A DNA stretch of 63,984 bases, counting the filler, from Octopus bimaculoides (Eukaryota): the NCBI RefSeq assembly GCF_001194135.2. It is 7 parts of 7 records of this genome, joined end to end, with 100 filler letters (N's around TTAATTAATTAA, not from the genome) between each part and the next. Parts side by side here need not be neighbours in the genome. Positions count along the whole stretch, not along the records: positions 34,505 to 42,700 come from NC_068981.1; positions 42,801 to 49,249 come from NC_068984.1; positions 49,350 to 62,621 come from NC_068997.1; 4 more parts are not named here. The stretch is one strand, 5' to 3'. How positions within the stretch are numbered: position 1 is the stretch's first letter; every line of letters begins with the position of its first letter. A program made the translations under genes and the position numbers. Below, one piece after another: positions 40,119-55,653 of this stretch. Under the pieces are notes generated by a model that was not told where the DNA came from, did no database searches, and saw only the letters and a program-made list of their open reading frames with translations.

Positions 40119-41999
40119 TATATTTGTTGTTCTTTGGTATTATTGATGACTTAATGCCAAATACTATATACTAAATGCATGTATACTTAACTTAATTCTT
40201 GGGTAAAATCAATGTGACACACCTTTCAATTACAGGTACAATCCACCCGGATTGTATACAGTTTTCTTAAACCCGAGACTATAATAATTGGTAATTGCTC
40301 AAGATGCCCCGCAGTTGGATTGAACCTCATATTTGCGAAGCGAACTTCATAACAATTTGACCAGGTAGCGCTAGGCAGTGGTGAGAAATAAACTTCAGGC
40401 TATTTCAAATATGTTTGTGACATATTTTAATTTCCAAAAGGCAATTTCACTGTTGTTTACTGCGGAGAAAAAATTCTCGCTTATGGTAAAAGGGTGTAAA
40501 AACACCTTATCTGCTCACTATCGCCCTCTATCGGACACCTAGTAATATCGGTGCGTCTGACGAACCGTGACATTTAAGTTGCATACTGATAGGTCAAAAC
40601 CGTATTAAAAAAATTCAGCTTGTCGGAGCCTTCTAAAAGGTATAAAAAAAGGAAGAAGTCAGTAATTTTACTACAGTTGTAAAACACTCAACTCAACTGT
40701 CAGCCAATACATTTTGAAATCTGGTGATTTCTACGAACGTATGAAAGCACTAATTGAACTTTATGAACACTACTAAATATTTTTTTTATGTTTAACATAC
40801 TTCAACATTGTAAAACATTTTTTAAAAATACAATAATAAAAAACGTGAAGACTAGACCATGTTGAAACTTTATTCAATTGATACATTATTCTATACATAT
40901 TTCCACAAATTCGGGGAAAAAAAATACATACATACCTACATGCACGCACGCACACACATACACACAATTGGTTGAAGTAACTATATTTTCAAATTGTTAA
41001 AAAAGTAAATGCAGATATAAGAATAAGTGGAATAATCCAAAACAATACGAGCCCCACTGAAATACACTTAATATATATTTTCACNNNNNNNNNNNNNNNN
41101 NNNNNNNNNNNNNNNNNNNNNNNNNNNNNNNNNNNNNNNNNNNNNNNNNNNNNNNNNNNNNNNNNNNNNNNNNNNNNNNNNNNNNNNNNNNNNNNNNNNN
41201 NNNNNNNNNNNNNNNNNNNNNNNNNNNNNNNNNNNNNNNNNNNNNNNNNNNNNNNNNNNNNNNNNNNNNNNNNNNNNNNNNNNNNNNNNNNNNNNNNNNN
41301 NNNNNNNNNNNNNNNNNNNNNNNNNNNNNNNNNNNNNNNNNNNNNNNNNNNNNNNNNNNNNNNNNNNNNNNNNNNNNNNNNNNNNNNNNNNNNNNNNNNN
41401 NNNNNNNNNNNNNNNNNNNNNNNNNNNNNNNNNNNNNNNNNNNNNNNNNNNNNNNNNNNNNNNNNNNNNNNNNNNNNNNNNNNNNNNNNNNNNNNNNNNN
41501 NNNNNNNNNNNNNNNNNNNNNNNNNNNNNNNNNNNNNNNNNNNNNNNNNNNNNNNNNNNNNNNNNNNNNNNNNNNNNNNNNNNNNNNNNNNNNNNNNNNN
41601 NNNNNNNNNNNNNNNNNNNNNNNNNNNNNNNNNNNNNNNNNNNNNNNNNNNNNNNNNNNNNNNNNNNNNNNNNNNNNNNNNNNNNNNNNNNNNNNNNNNN
41701 NNNNNNNNNNNNNNNNNNNNNNNNNNNNNNNNNNNNNNNNNNNNNNNNNNNNNNNNNNNNNNNNNNNNNNNNNNNNNNNNNNNNNNNNNNNNNNNNNNNN
41801 NNNNNNNNNNNNNNNNNNNNNNNNNNNNNNNNNNNNNNNNNNNNNNNNNNNNNNNNNNNNNNNNNNNNNNNNNNNNNNNNNNNNNNNNNNNNNNNNNTAT
41901 ATATATCTGGATATATCGGTTTGAGGGTGGAATATGATTCCGCTAGGGTAGAACAGAATACAAAATATACAAAATATTAGTAATGAAAATGACAGCAGT

Positions 42000-42040
<41 letters not shown>

Positions 42041-42659
42041 ACAACAACAACATCAACAACAACAATTATAGCAGTGAGATGAGAAGAAGGGAAGCAACAA
42101 CAATAGTAACAAGCCAAGCAGAAGAATAACAACAACAGCAGGAATAGCAGCGTAAGTGTACCTGAAAGAAATTTGACAGACATGAGCTGGCAGTGGTAGT
42201 CGGGTCAGTTTCTGTCATGTGGTCAGAGCTCTAGACAATTATTCGTTGAAAGATGCATAATTAAGTTAGAATTCAATTATAGATACACTAAGATATAAGT
42301 TACAAACCAGAAGATTGGCTTAGAGATGTTGGGGATTTCATCTGTTTCTCTCTTTCTCTCTCTCTCTATCTATCAATATACACGCATATGTATATACATA
42401 CACATATATTTATATATATAAATGTGTGTGTGTGCGTGTGTACATGTGTGTTTATGTATATGGTATGTGTGTATATATGCATGCATTACTCAGGTGAGGA
42501 AAACAGTAAATAAAACGAACGTCCGGTTCGTTTGACATGGTTTGTTCTGGAATTATAAAATGCGTCCTTTACTACGACTGTCGTCTGCACGTTATCAATC
42601 GACGGTGTAACGAGTGTCTTATCTAATTTGGACTGACTACTTCAGGTGGAAGTAGCCAG

Positions 42660-42700
<41 letters not shown>

Positions 42701-42800
42701 NNNNNNNNNNNNNNNNNNNNNNNNNNNNNNNNNNNNNNNNNNNNTTAATTAATTAANNNNNNNNNNNNNNNNNNNNNNNNNNNNNNNNNNNNNNNNNNNN

Positions 42801-45979
<3,179 letters not shown>

Positions 45980-46007
<28 letters not shown>

Positions 46008-46051
46008 CATTATTATTATTATTATTGTTGCTGTTATTTTTGTTGTTGTTG

Positions 46052-46109
<58 letters not shown>

Positions 46110-46120
46110 CATTATTATTA
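45980..46120. repeat. (TTA)n/(TTG)n tract at the 5' junction of copy X
   Basis: Directly visible. Confidence 0.95.
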
Positions 46121-47889
46121 TATAGAAGCTTACAGAATCATTTTGTAAGACTTCAGCTTATTTTAAGAGAAGAGGTTGAAATGAAGCTTGTTTCTTTTTC
46201 TGAGTCAAGACCAAATGAATTTTATGAAAAGAGTATTAAAAAAGCTTTGGGGAAGATGAGATGTTATTGAAAAGAATGGTGACTGTGTTGATTAAATAAA
46301 TCTATTTTTGGCTGCATCTTCATTTTTATTTCGATTGTAAACATGGACAGAACTTTTATTGCAACCTGATGAAAACACACAGAGAAACATACATGCATGA
46401 AAATTACTCTCTCTGTTTCTGACAGGCCATTCTAGAGTCCAGTGACAACACAGTTCTTCAAACTTTTAAATCCTTTTCTTTCTTCTATTTGAAAAAGAAG
46501 AATCTTTCTGAAATATCATAGCTCATTAATAACTTATGTAAAGTAATACAACATCTTCTTTCCTTGTTTTCATTATTGATATTGCTTTACATATTTTGCC
46601 TAACTTTTCACCGGAATTGCTAAAAGGCTTTTTTCAAACAGTTGTATAATTTATAAACATCACCAAAATTCAAGCAAATTACAAAATTTTTAAATATATA
46701 TGCACAATATTAGTTACATCTATAAATACAAGTGGGTGTGTTTTTGCACGTACAGACTCACAGATGGTTAAGAAAATTTATATATAATCATGAAATCCAA
46801 CATTTTATTTCACTGTATGAGCAAGTGTTTTTTTTATTGCTCTAGACTAACCCCAGGTTTTTCAGGGAAAATGGATAGGCTGGACACCATGTGAACTGTA
46901 TTCATTATGGAAAGAGCCAGCCTTGTTACATACTGTCATACACTGATCTCTTGAGGATTATATTCAGTATAAAAATGTGTGTGTGTAATACCCAGATGTG
47001 TCTGAGTTGATACATTTTCAATCAAATGATAAGAATGTCAGCCAAACTCACATACACTGGTTCAGGAATGCAATTTACTTATGGGATACAAACCCAGGTC
47101 AAAATGTTTTACAAACAAGGTTTTATTGTTTTATTTTTATTTATTTTTGTTCTTTAAGAAGAAATCTAACTTAAAGCTACTTTTTATAGATCACTTTTTG
47201 TGCCCTGTTTTCTGAACCTGAGAAAAATAACTAGGGCTGCAAATTTTGATTTTGCACACCTCAAAAATTTTAGATTGTGCATTTAACCCTCACCCCCACC
47301 CTCTCCTGCACTCCTGTTCCCGGGCCCCTGCTGAGATATGTTCCCTTTACTTCCAGTTTAGATTTAAGTTATGGTTATAATTAGAGAGGGAGACCAAAAA
47401 GCAAGTGTGATGAAAGTTAAGTAATCCCTTGGTTGAGCAAAACTTCCATGTAACACTATGTGACATTCAATAAAGCAAAGTAAAAAAGGACACAGAAAAC
47501 TATAAGATTGAAGGTATTTAATTGTTTAGAAAAGATGGACTGCTGTTGCAAGAAAACACAGGACAAATCTGTGATTGCAGTAGAACCTCAATCAAGCAGT
47601 GGGTTCATGATGATGAGCCCACATTCAGTGGATTGGGCTGTGAGAGTTAAGTTACAGACTCTGAAGGATGTTAAAATGTAGACAGTAAGATGATAGTAGT
47701 GCAAAAACATGAGAAGAGCTGAGAACAGAAGCTTGCTAATTACTCCTGCAGTTAGGGAAAGATGTGTAAAGATGTTGATTAAACCAAAATAAGCTCTCTT
47801 TGTAGAAACCTATGATTAAAGATATTCCAGTTGAAATCAACAATTTTCTCTTCGCACATACTATTCAATACATCGTTTATCTTTTATCG

Positions 47890-48570
47890 TAAGTCTTTCA
47901 CTTGTTTCATTGACTTTACTGCAGTCATGCTGGGGCACCACTCTGAAGTGTTTTAGTCAGAAAGATCGACCCCAGGACTTATTTTAAAAAAAAAGCCTAG
48001 TACTTCTTATTTCTTTATTGCCCACAGGAGGTTAAACATAGAGGAGACAAACAAGGACAGACAAAGGGATTAAGTCGATTACATCGACCCCAGTGCATAA
48101 CTGGTACTTAATTTATAAACCCAAAAGGATGAAAGGCAAAGTCAAACTCAGAACATAACAGTAGATGAAATACTGCTAAGCATTTCGCCCAGCGTGGTAA
48201 CATTTCTGCCAGCTAACCGCCTTCAAAGCCTAGTACTTTTTCTGTCAGTCTCTTTTGCTGAACCACTATGTTGCATGGACTCAAACACATTAACACCAGT
48301 TGTCAAGTAGTGATTGGGTACAAACACAGATGCAAAGACACACATAACATAGATAGGTACATACATACATATATATATATGTGTGTGTGCGTGTGTGTGT
48401 GTGTATGAAAGGCTTCTTTCACTTTCCATCTACCTAACCCACTCACAATGTTTTGATTGGCCTGTGACTATAGCAGAAGACACTTGCACAAAGTGCCATG
48501 CAGTGGGACTGAACCCAAAACCATGTAGTTGAGAAGCAAGCTTCTTACCACACAGCCACACCTGCACCTA
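47890..48570 (-). mobile_element. SINE family A with a nested family B SINE (48006-48224)
   Basis: 14-bp target duplication AAAGCCTAGTACTT at 47992-48005 and 48225-48238 brackets the B copy. Confidence 0.88.
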
Positions 48571-49350
48571 TCCTTTGTTTAAGTTAATATACAATTTAGC
48601 TGAGATCTGTTTGCTATATCAAGATGAGCTTGTGTCAACAAAATAAACTGTAATATGTGAAGTAACCTAAAGTGGAATATAGTCTATTTTAATGATGCAT
48701 GTTTTTATTTTTTTAAAAAGCATGAATAAGCCAGCTAATACAAATAATGGAAGAAAAATAAACAATAAAGTGTTATAAACAAGAAGAGGTTGTATGAAGT
48801 ATCTGAACAAGAAAATGAAGGTGTACTTCAAAGATAACAATTAGCATGTACTCTCTCATTGATGCAATTTCTATGGAATCTGCAAAATTTTGTTAAGTAT
48901 AAGAATCTAGTAATTCATATTTTTTATGCAATGGCAACAACAACAACAACAACAACAACAGAAACATGATGATGATGGTGGTGGTGGTGGTGGTGGCAAT
49001 CATGAGGATAATGATGGTGATGATTAGCAGTATTCATTTTGACCAATTTTACAGGAATTTAAATTTCGAATGTTTATCACCAAGCAACAAGCTTTTAGTG
49101 AGAAACCTAGAAGGGTGAATGTCACATGTTAAATTTTCGATCTGGAAAAAAATTTTGTCTTCCTATCATCTTCTATATTTGTACAAAACTTCTATCTTAA
49201 CGTTTATATGTATATGTTTATTGTAAACAATATTATATATATGTATATANNNNNNNNNNNNNNNNNNNNNNNNNNNNNNNNNNNNNNNNNNNNTTAATTA
49301 ATTAANNNNNNNNNNNNNNNNNNNNNNNNNNNNNNNNNNNNNNNNNNNNA

Positions 49351-49713
49351 CTGGTTCTTGTGCGGGTGGCACATGAGATGCACCATTTTGAGCGTGGCCG
49401 TTGCCAGTACCGCCTGACTGGCTCCTGTAGGATTTTCGAGCGAGATCGTTGCCAGTGCCCCTGGACTGGCTTGTGCGGGTGGCACATAAAAGACACCATT
49501 TCGAGCGTGGCCGTTTTCGTGCGGGTGACACGTAAAAGCACCCACTACACTCTCTGAGTGGTTGGCGTTAGGAAGGGCATCCAGCTGTAGAAACTCTGCC
49601 AAATCAGACTGGAGCCTGGTGTTGCCATCCGGTTTCACCAGTCCTCAGTCAAATCGTCCAACCCATGCTAGCATGGAAAGCGGACGTTAAACGATGATGA
49701 TGATGATGATGAT
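49351..49713 (+). mobile_element. RTE-type LINE 3'UTR with internal tandem modules and (GAT)n tail
   Basis: Repeated CGGGTGGCACAT...TTTCGAGCG...GTTGCCAGT modules, then the GGAAGGGCATCCAGC...GGACGTTAAACGATGATG end. Confidence 0.8.
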
Positions 49714-49961
49714 TCAACTGCAGAAATAATGTCAAAGTAGACATAGAATCTGGCAGATTCCTGTGGGCTCATCTGTTCTTGACAAACTATCCAGCATAGA
49801 AAAAAGAGATATTTTATAATGTCAATGATGATGATGATGACGATAATTAAAATCAGATTGTTGATTATAAATGTGAATAAGACCCATTAGTCAAATATAT
49901 TCATTCCATGAACAGTTAACAATGATCTCCAATCTAGATTAATGAAATATAAGTAAAGTGT

Positions 49962-50287
49962 AAAAAACCCCCATCAGTCATGACCATCAGATTGCACCTA
50001 GAAAGTTACGCACTGAGGCACAAGTCCGGGCAAAGTTGTTTATAGAAGACCAGCAGTCACCCATGCATACCAGCCTCCTCTCTTCATGTCACTGATTTTA
50101 TCCAAGGGAAAGGCAAAGGCTGATACAGCTCGGCACCAGTGATGTCACAACTCATTTCTACTGCTGAGTGAACTGGAGCAACAAGAAATAAAGTGTCTTG
50201 CTCAAGAACACAATACACAGCCCAGTCTGGGAATCGAAATCACCACCTCATGATTGTGAGCCCAATGCTCAAACTACCGAGCAATGT
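49962..50287 (-). mobile_element. tRNA-derived SINE, third family (V-domain-like centre)
   Basis: The minus strand has a B-box-like GATTTCGATTCCC followed by TGTGTTCTTGAGCAAGACACTTTA...CAGTTCACTCAGC. The domain name is from memory. Confidence 0.65.
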
Positions 50288-50435
50288 AATATGTAACTAT
50301 AATATTCCCTGTATGCACCATATTCCCATTAATATTTCTTATTCATAATTATATGTGTTTGTCTACAACGGAATGCAAAGCAGTTCTCACAATTGTTCAT
50401 AACTTCTTTTCTTTTCTTCTGTTTTTTTCTCAAAG

Positions 50436-50548
50436 GAAAGCTAGACTGCCCTTACTATGTCCGAGCAGAGCTGCTTGGAGACAAACTCGCACTTAATCTT
50501 CCAGATTTCAAAATTCACAAGATTGTGAAAACAGATGCGGAATGGACG
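50436..50548 (+). CDS. MDH1B: MDH1B-like, second coding exon (glutaredoxin-like N-terminus)
   Basis: TTTTTCTCAAAG| acceptor and |GTTAGT donor, 113 nt, phase 1 to 0. It encodes (G)[37 protein letters not shown], matching the vertebrate MDH1B segment DCPYY..AEL..D.L..NLPDF.IHKI. Confidence 0.92.
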
Positions 50549-50700
50549 GTTAGTTATATTTCTTATATATATATATATATATATAGATATATAAATATAT
50601 ATATACAAGTTCAGTTTTGTCACCCTTTTTGCTTTATATATGTATGTATGCATGTGTGTGTGTGGGGGGGGATACAGATAACTATATATATGTATATATA

Positions 50701-50918
50701 TTTCTTTATTGCCCACATAGAGGGGACCGACATGACCAGACAAAGGGATTATGTTGATTACATTGACCCCAGTTCATAACTGGTATTTATTCAATCGACC
50801 CCAAAAGGAAGAAAGGCAAAGTCGACCTTGGCAGAATTTGAACTCAGAACATAAAGAGAAACGAAATACCGCTATGCATTTTGCATGGCGTGCTAATGAT
50901 TCTGCCAGCTCACCTTAT
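50701..50918 (-). mobile_element. SINE family B in an MDH1B intron
   Basis: Reverse complement of 29425-29658. Confidence 0.85.
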
Positions 50919-50930
50919 AATGTGTGTGTT

Positions 50931-50962
<32 letters not shown>

Positions 50963-51505
50963 TGTCTTTGAATCTATGTTTGCCCCCACCACCACCTGAC
51001 AGCTAGTGTTGGTGTCTATGTCCCCATATCTTAGCTGTTCAGCAAAAGGAGACCGATGAAATAAGTACCTGGCTTAAAATGAAAATAATAAAGACTGGGG
51101 TTGATTCATTCATAATCATCGTCATTATCATTGTAATATTCACTTTTCTATGCTCTCCTGTCTTGGATGGAATTTATGTTGAGGCAGACTTTTTGCATCT
51201 GTATGCCTTTGGAGTATGACACTTGGAGTATGACAGTTGCTGCTTCTCTATACTTGATGATGGTGTTCAGCTCAGTGCAGTCTTAGGGCAATGTTTTCTT
51301 TCATCTGTGCACTTGCTCATGTGCATGCATATTTTACACCTAATGCACAAAAGATAATAATGTGTGTACACAAAGTTTTCCTAGATGAAATTGAATTTCT
51401 GCAATAGCTAATAGCTATGATATAGTAGTTAATAGCTATGATTTATCAATGTTTCAATTCTATTTTATGTTGGTTTTAATTTTTGTTTAACTTTGTGTGA
51501 TTCAG

Positions 51506-52604
51506 GAATGGCTTTCTGAAACATGTGAGACAAATGGCTGGAAGCATGAACAATCACCAATAATTTGGAGAGAATTGGTTGATCGAGGTGGAAAAGGCGT
51601 TTTAATTGGTGGCTCAAATGAATTTGAAGAATATGCATACGGCTACTATGGCATTACTATTGATTTAGAAGGCAAAAGTATGAAAATCATTGCTTATGAA
51701 AATCAAACCACTAAAATCGAACTTGATGAAGAAGAAAGAGAAAGAATACGAAAAAAAAAATTCATTAAAGTTTGCATAACAAATGCCTGTAGCCCAATAT
51801 GTTTCAGTTTGGTAGACAGTTTACTTTCAGGGAAAATATTTGGCGAAGAGAAAATTTCATTATGTCTACTGGACTGTGATCCAGCACAGATAGTTGAATT
51901 GCAAGACATCGCTAATAATATACAAAACATGGCATATGGACTGCTGTATTTGAGTGTTATTGTTACATCTGACTGTGAAAAAGCTTTTGAAGGAAGCAGA
52001 ATTATTATCTTTTTGGATGAGGTAGAAAGGAAAGAAGAGGAAAAAGTACATCGGTGGACAGAAAGAAACGCTGTTCTTTTTGGGTTTTATGGGAAAACTC
52101 TGTTGAAAGTTGCCAAAAGTGACACATTGCTATTAGTTGCAGGAAATAATTACATGTGTTTAAATATGAGCATACTAAATGAGATTGTTCCTCATATTTC
52201 ATCCACAAATATTATTGGTGTTTCAAAAGTAATTGAAAACCAGGCCAAATCTGTTTTAGCTGAAAAACTGCCAGCAAGTAGCTGCTCCGTTGATAACATT
52301 ATTATATTGGGCAGTATTAACGATAATTATTTGATAGAATTGGACAAGGCCTTAGTTAGAGAGTTTGATTGTGCAGTTGTTGGTCCAGCTACATTCTCTC
52401 TGCCATTAAATGATATTTTCTGTCAACAGCACTGGCTCAAGAGAGAGTATATAAATGAAGTCAGTTCAAGAAAACATGTAAATGAAATGAATTTACAACA
52501 CCCTACGTACCATCTCATTGGTCATGCCATAACATCAACATTAGATTACTGGTGGAACGGTTTATCATCAAATGCCATATTCTCTGTGACTCTTATATCT
52601 GATG
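51506..52604 (+). CDS. MDH1B: MDH1B-like, large 1099-nt exon (end of N-terminal module and most of the MDH-like fold)
   Basis: TGATTCAG| acceptor and G|GTAAGC donor, phase 0 to 1. It encodes EWL...W.H..SPIIWRELVDRGGKG.LIGG.NEF...AV.GP..FS.P...H.I..TL.YWW.G, diagnostic of MDH1B. Confidence 0.96.
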
Positions 52605-52737
52605 GTAAGCAAAATTCTTCCATATTTAATCTTAATTCATTTCGTTTACAGTCAGTGTTAAATTCTATAGACGGGAAAGTTCTAGTTTAGTTCTTTAGAG
52701 AGCATTTTTCTTGAACAACCAGTCATACAATTCATGA

Positions 52738-52739
<2 letters not shown>

Positions 52740-52773
<34 letters not shown>

Positions 52774-53128
52774 TTAACGTCTGTTTTCCCTGCTGGCATG
52801 GGTTGGATAATTTGACAGGAGCTGTCCAGACTCTAATTTCTCATTTTGGAATGGTTTCTGTGCCCTTCCTAACACTTTACAGACTGTGCTTGATGCTTTT
52901 TTAAGTGCCACTGGCATGGGTGCGTTTACATAGCACTGGCATGAGTGCCCTTTATGTGGCACAAGCACCTGCAAAGGATAAGCCTGTATGTATGGACAAC
53001 CACAAAACCACAATTTTACTAAGCTCGATGCATCTTCTTGAGTACAGCAAATTGTTACAACCCCTGGTCCCTTGTCATTTCCTCAGTGAGGCCCAGCATC
53101 CAAAGATCCTTTCTCACCACTTCATCTC
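52740..53128 (-). mobile_element. RTE-clade LINE 3' end (ORF C-terminus, UTR, (GAT)n tail) in an MDH1B intron
   Basis: 53019-53128 reads DEVVRKDLWMLGLTEEMTRDQGL*QFAVLKK..*, similar to RTE C-termini. It is followed by the GGAAGGGCA / GACGTTAAATGATGATG end. Confidence 0.75.
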
Positions 53129-53312
53129 ATATACATACACACAAAGATAATGTAACAAGGGGATGGGGGATAATAAGCCTTAATAGTCGATTACAACATT
53201 TATTTCTTCCCCACACACAAGCTTTAAGTTGCTTTGTTTATATTCCAACTACTGACATAGCATTCTTGATGGAAACAAAGCTGTTTAGAAATACTTTCTT
53301 TTCTATCACCAG

Positions 53313-53443
53313 GTTGGTATGGTGTTCCAAAAGGCATTGCTTTTTCATTCCCAGTAACATTTTATCTACCATTAGCATATTCTGTCATTGAAGATCTGAA
53401 CATATCTGAAAAATGCAGACAAGATATAGATTTAATAATCGAA
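53313..53443 (+). CDS. MDH1B: MDH1B-like exon (C-terminal part of the MDH fold)
   Basis: TTCTATCACCAG| acceptor and |GTAAGT donor, 131 nt, phase 1 to 0. It encodes (G)WYGVPKGIAFSFPVTF...EDLNISEKCRQDIDLIIE, matching the G.FGIPKGIVFSMPV motif. Confidence 0.92.
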
Positions 53444-53869
53444 GTAAGTATCTTGGATTTTTTTTTTTTTTTTTTGTCTAATTTGGTTCTGAATCTCTAA
53501 GCATTTAATCCTTTTGCAACCATATTAATTATGAAATTCATTATCCATGATAGATTTAGGAAAACAATCTATTTCTAGGTCATTAAGATGGTGTTTTGGA
53601 ATATACCAAAAAAAGTTCTGTGATAAAATTATGTCAAAAAGCTAAAACTTATGTATAAACAGTTCAAAATGCTAACCACTTTACAGTGTGAACTGGATGC
53701 TATTGTATGGTGAGATCACTATGTAGCTCATAAGACTTGAACTGATTGGGTTACAGTGGAGAATCCCTTTCAGCTGAATAGAGCCACAGTTGAGAAATGG
53801 CTTTATGCTAGATGAGAGGTTAAAGTATGAAAGGTTGAAGTAGGAAAATGGGACCAGTACCAAAAAGGT

Positions 53870-54690
53870 TTCTTGTGGTGAGGTCATCAGCATATAGCAG
53901 TTCCCACAGGTACTTGCTCTTAACCCTTTTGATCCCAACCCAGCTGAAACTGCCTCGGGCTCTGCAGTACAAATGTCTTGTTTCCAGAAGTTTTGAATTA
54001 AAATCTACCACCAGACCTTAGTCGTGATTTATGTTCCTAATATTATCTTAATGATAACTAAATTATTTTACTAAATTCTTTGTTATACTTAAAATTAATT
54101 GAAAGAAACACAGAACATCTCAACAGAAATATGGTAACAAAAGGGTCAAATTCCTCCATTGTTGCCTGGACAATTATGATGAATAGAAAGGCAACTGTGA
54201 ATCAAATCCTGATGAACTCCTGTCTGTACTCTAAACTCAACATTGTACTCATAGCTAACTCACCTTACTAACAGCATCTCTGTAAATGACTTTTATGGTT
54301 CTCACAAGCCATTCTTCTACTAGCTAGCTCTCTCAACAACCACTAGACCACAAAGTGAGAAATCCTGAAGACAGCTTTCTCCAAATCATCAACTGCTAAG
54401 TGCAACAGCTTACTTTTAGCTTAGCGCTTCTCCTGCACTAGTCTCATTCAGAGCACTTTTCCTTGGCACAAAATCAAACTACATCTCATCTACTCTCTTT
54501 CTCTCTCTCTTTCTTTCTCCAATTAATTGAGCTATAACTCTTTCCATAACTTTCTTGACCTAGTCCAGCTGTTTGATACCTCTGTAGTTACTTCAATCTG
54601 TGGCAGCCCCTTTACCTTTGTAACAGTTGTCTTTTGATGCTGCTACATCAGTCATTCGGTATGACATCTTCCTGTATAACCTTATAGACT
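53870..54690 (-). mobile_element. Decayed RTE-clade reverse transcriptase fragment, interrupted by a MITE
   Basis: Minus strand gives VIQEDVIPND*CSS...YKGKG...NYRGIK...VMERVIAQLI, degenerate DLEKA and GVHQG-like segments, and LWELLYADDL (YADD at 53883-53894). Confidence 0.8.
53924..54145. mobile_element. piggyBac-type non-autonomous element (MITE)
   Basis: TTAA|CCCTTTTGAT...GTAACAAAAGGG|TCAA: inverted CCCTTTTG/CAAAAGGG ends with a TTAA target site (right copy mutated). Confidence 0.7.
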
Positions 54691-55481
54691 ATACTGATAA
54701 CTAGGGTTTATCCTTCCCCACCCCACCCCCACATCATCCTCAACATTCCTATCATGATCACCGTAATCACGATCATCATCATCATCATCATTTTGAGACA
54801 GATTTTCTTCGGTCAGATATTCTTTGTGTTGCCAACTCTTGTCTTTTTCCAAGCAACATGATATTTTCTCTACTCTTTCAAATGCAAACAACAGAATGAC
54901 CAGCCATGTTTTTATGGAAGATTGTTTATAAATGATATTGTTACTGTGTCATCTGTATACACACACACACATGCAAACACACACACACACACACATAAAT
55001 ACACACAACAGACACAGTTCCCACAACCTACATGTACATATATACGTGACAGGCTTCTTTCAGTTTCCATCTACCAAATCTACTCACAAGGCTTTGTATG
55101 GTTGGGACTATCGTATAAAACACTTGCCCAAGGTGCCATGCAATGGGGCTGCACCCCACCACCCCATCAGTCACATATATGCAACAGTAGCAACCATGCC
55201 AAAACAGACATAGAACCTGGTGTGGCCCTTTGACTTGCCTGTTCTTGTCAGGCTGTCCAACTCATGCCAGCATGGAAATTAATTAGGTCATTACATGACT
55301 ATGATGAAGATGATGGTGGTGGTGTTGGTGGTGGTATTGGTTGTGATGATGATGATGATGATGATGATGATATGTATGTGTGTGTATTTATGAAGCAGAA
55401 TACTTCTTTCTGCATGCATCATTTTCTACATGAAACCTTCATTTGGTCGCTGGTGTACATTAACATGTTGTATTTTGACAG

Positions 55482-55653
55482 AACTTGGTAAAAGATAGAG
55501 CTTTGTTTGTAGTGGAGGATGGAAATTTGATTTCAAAAGTTGTGTCTGTTGAATCATTACCAAAATCAGAAGAAACTGATTACTCAGCGTTTATGAGTTC
55601 CAGAACACCATCCAGTCAAAGAAGTGACTTTAGCTTTCTGTTGGGTGAAACAG
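55482..55653 (+). CDS. MDH1B: MDH1B-like exon (C-terminal extension)
   Basis: TATTTTGACAG| acceptor and CAG|GTAAGG donor, 172 nt, phase 0 to 1, compatible with flanking exons. It encodes NLVKDRALFVVEDG...SDFSFLLGET. Assigned by phase and position more than by homology. Confidence 0.75.

Noticed and set aside
51497-51505. ORF-track start MIQ for the 397-aa ORF, and its read-through to 52690
   Set aside because: These bases are intronic. Homology and splice sites define the exon as 51506-52604.
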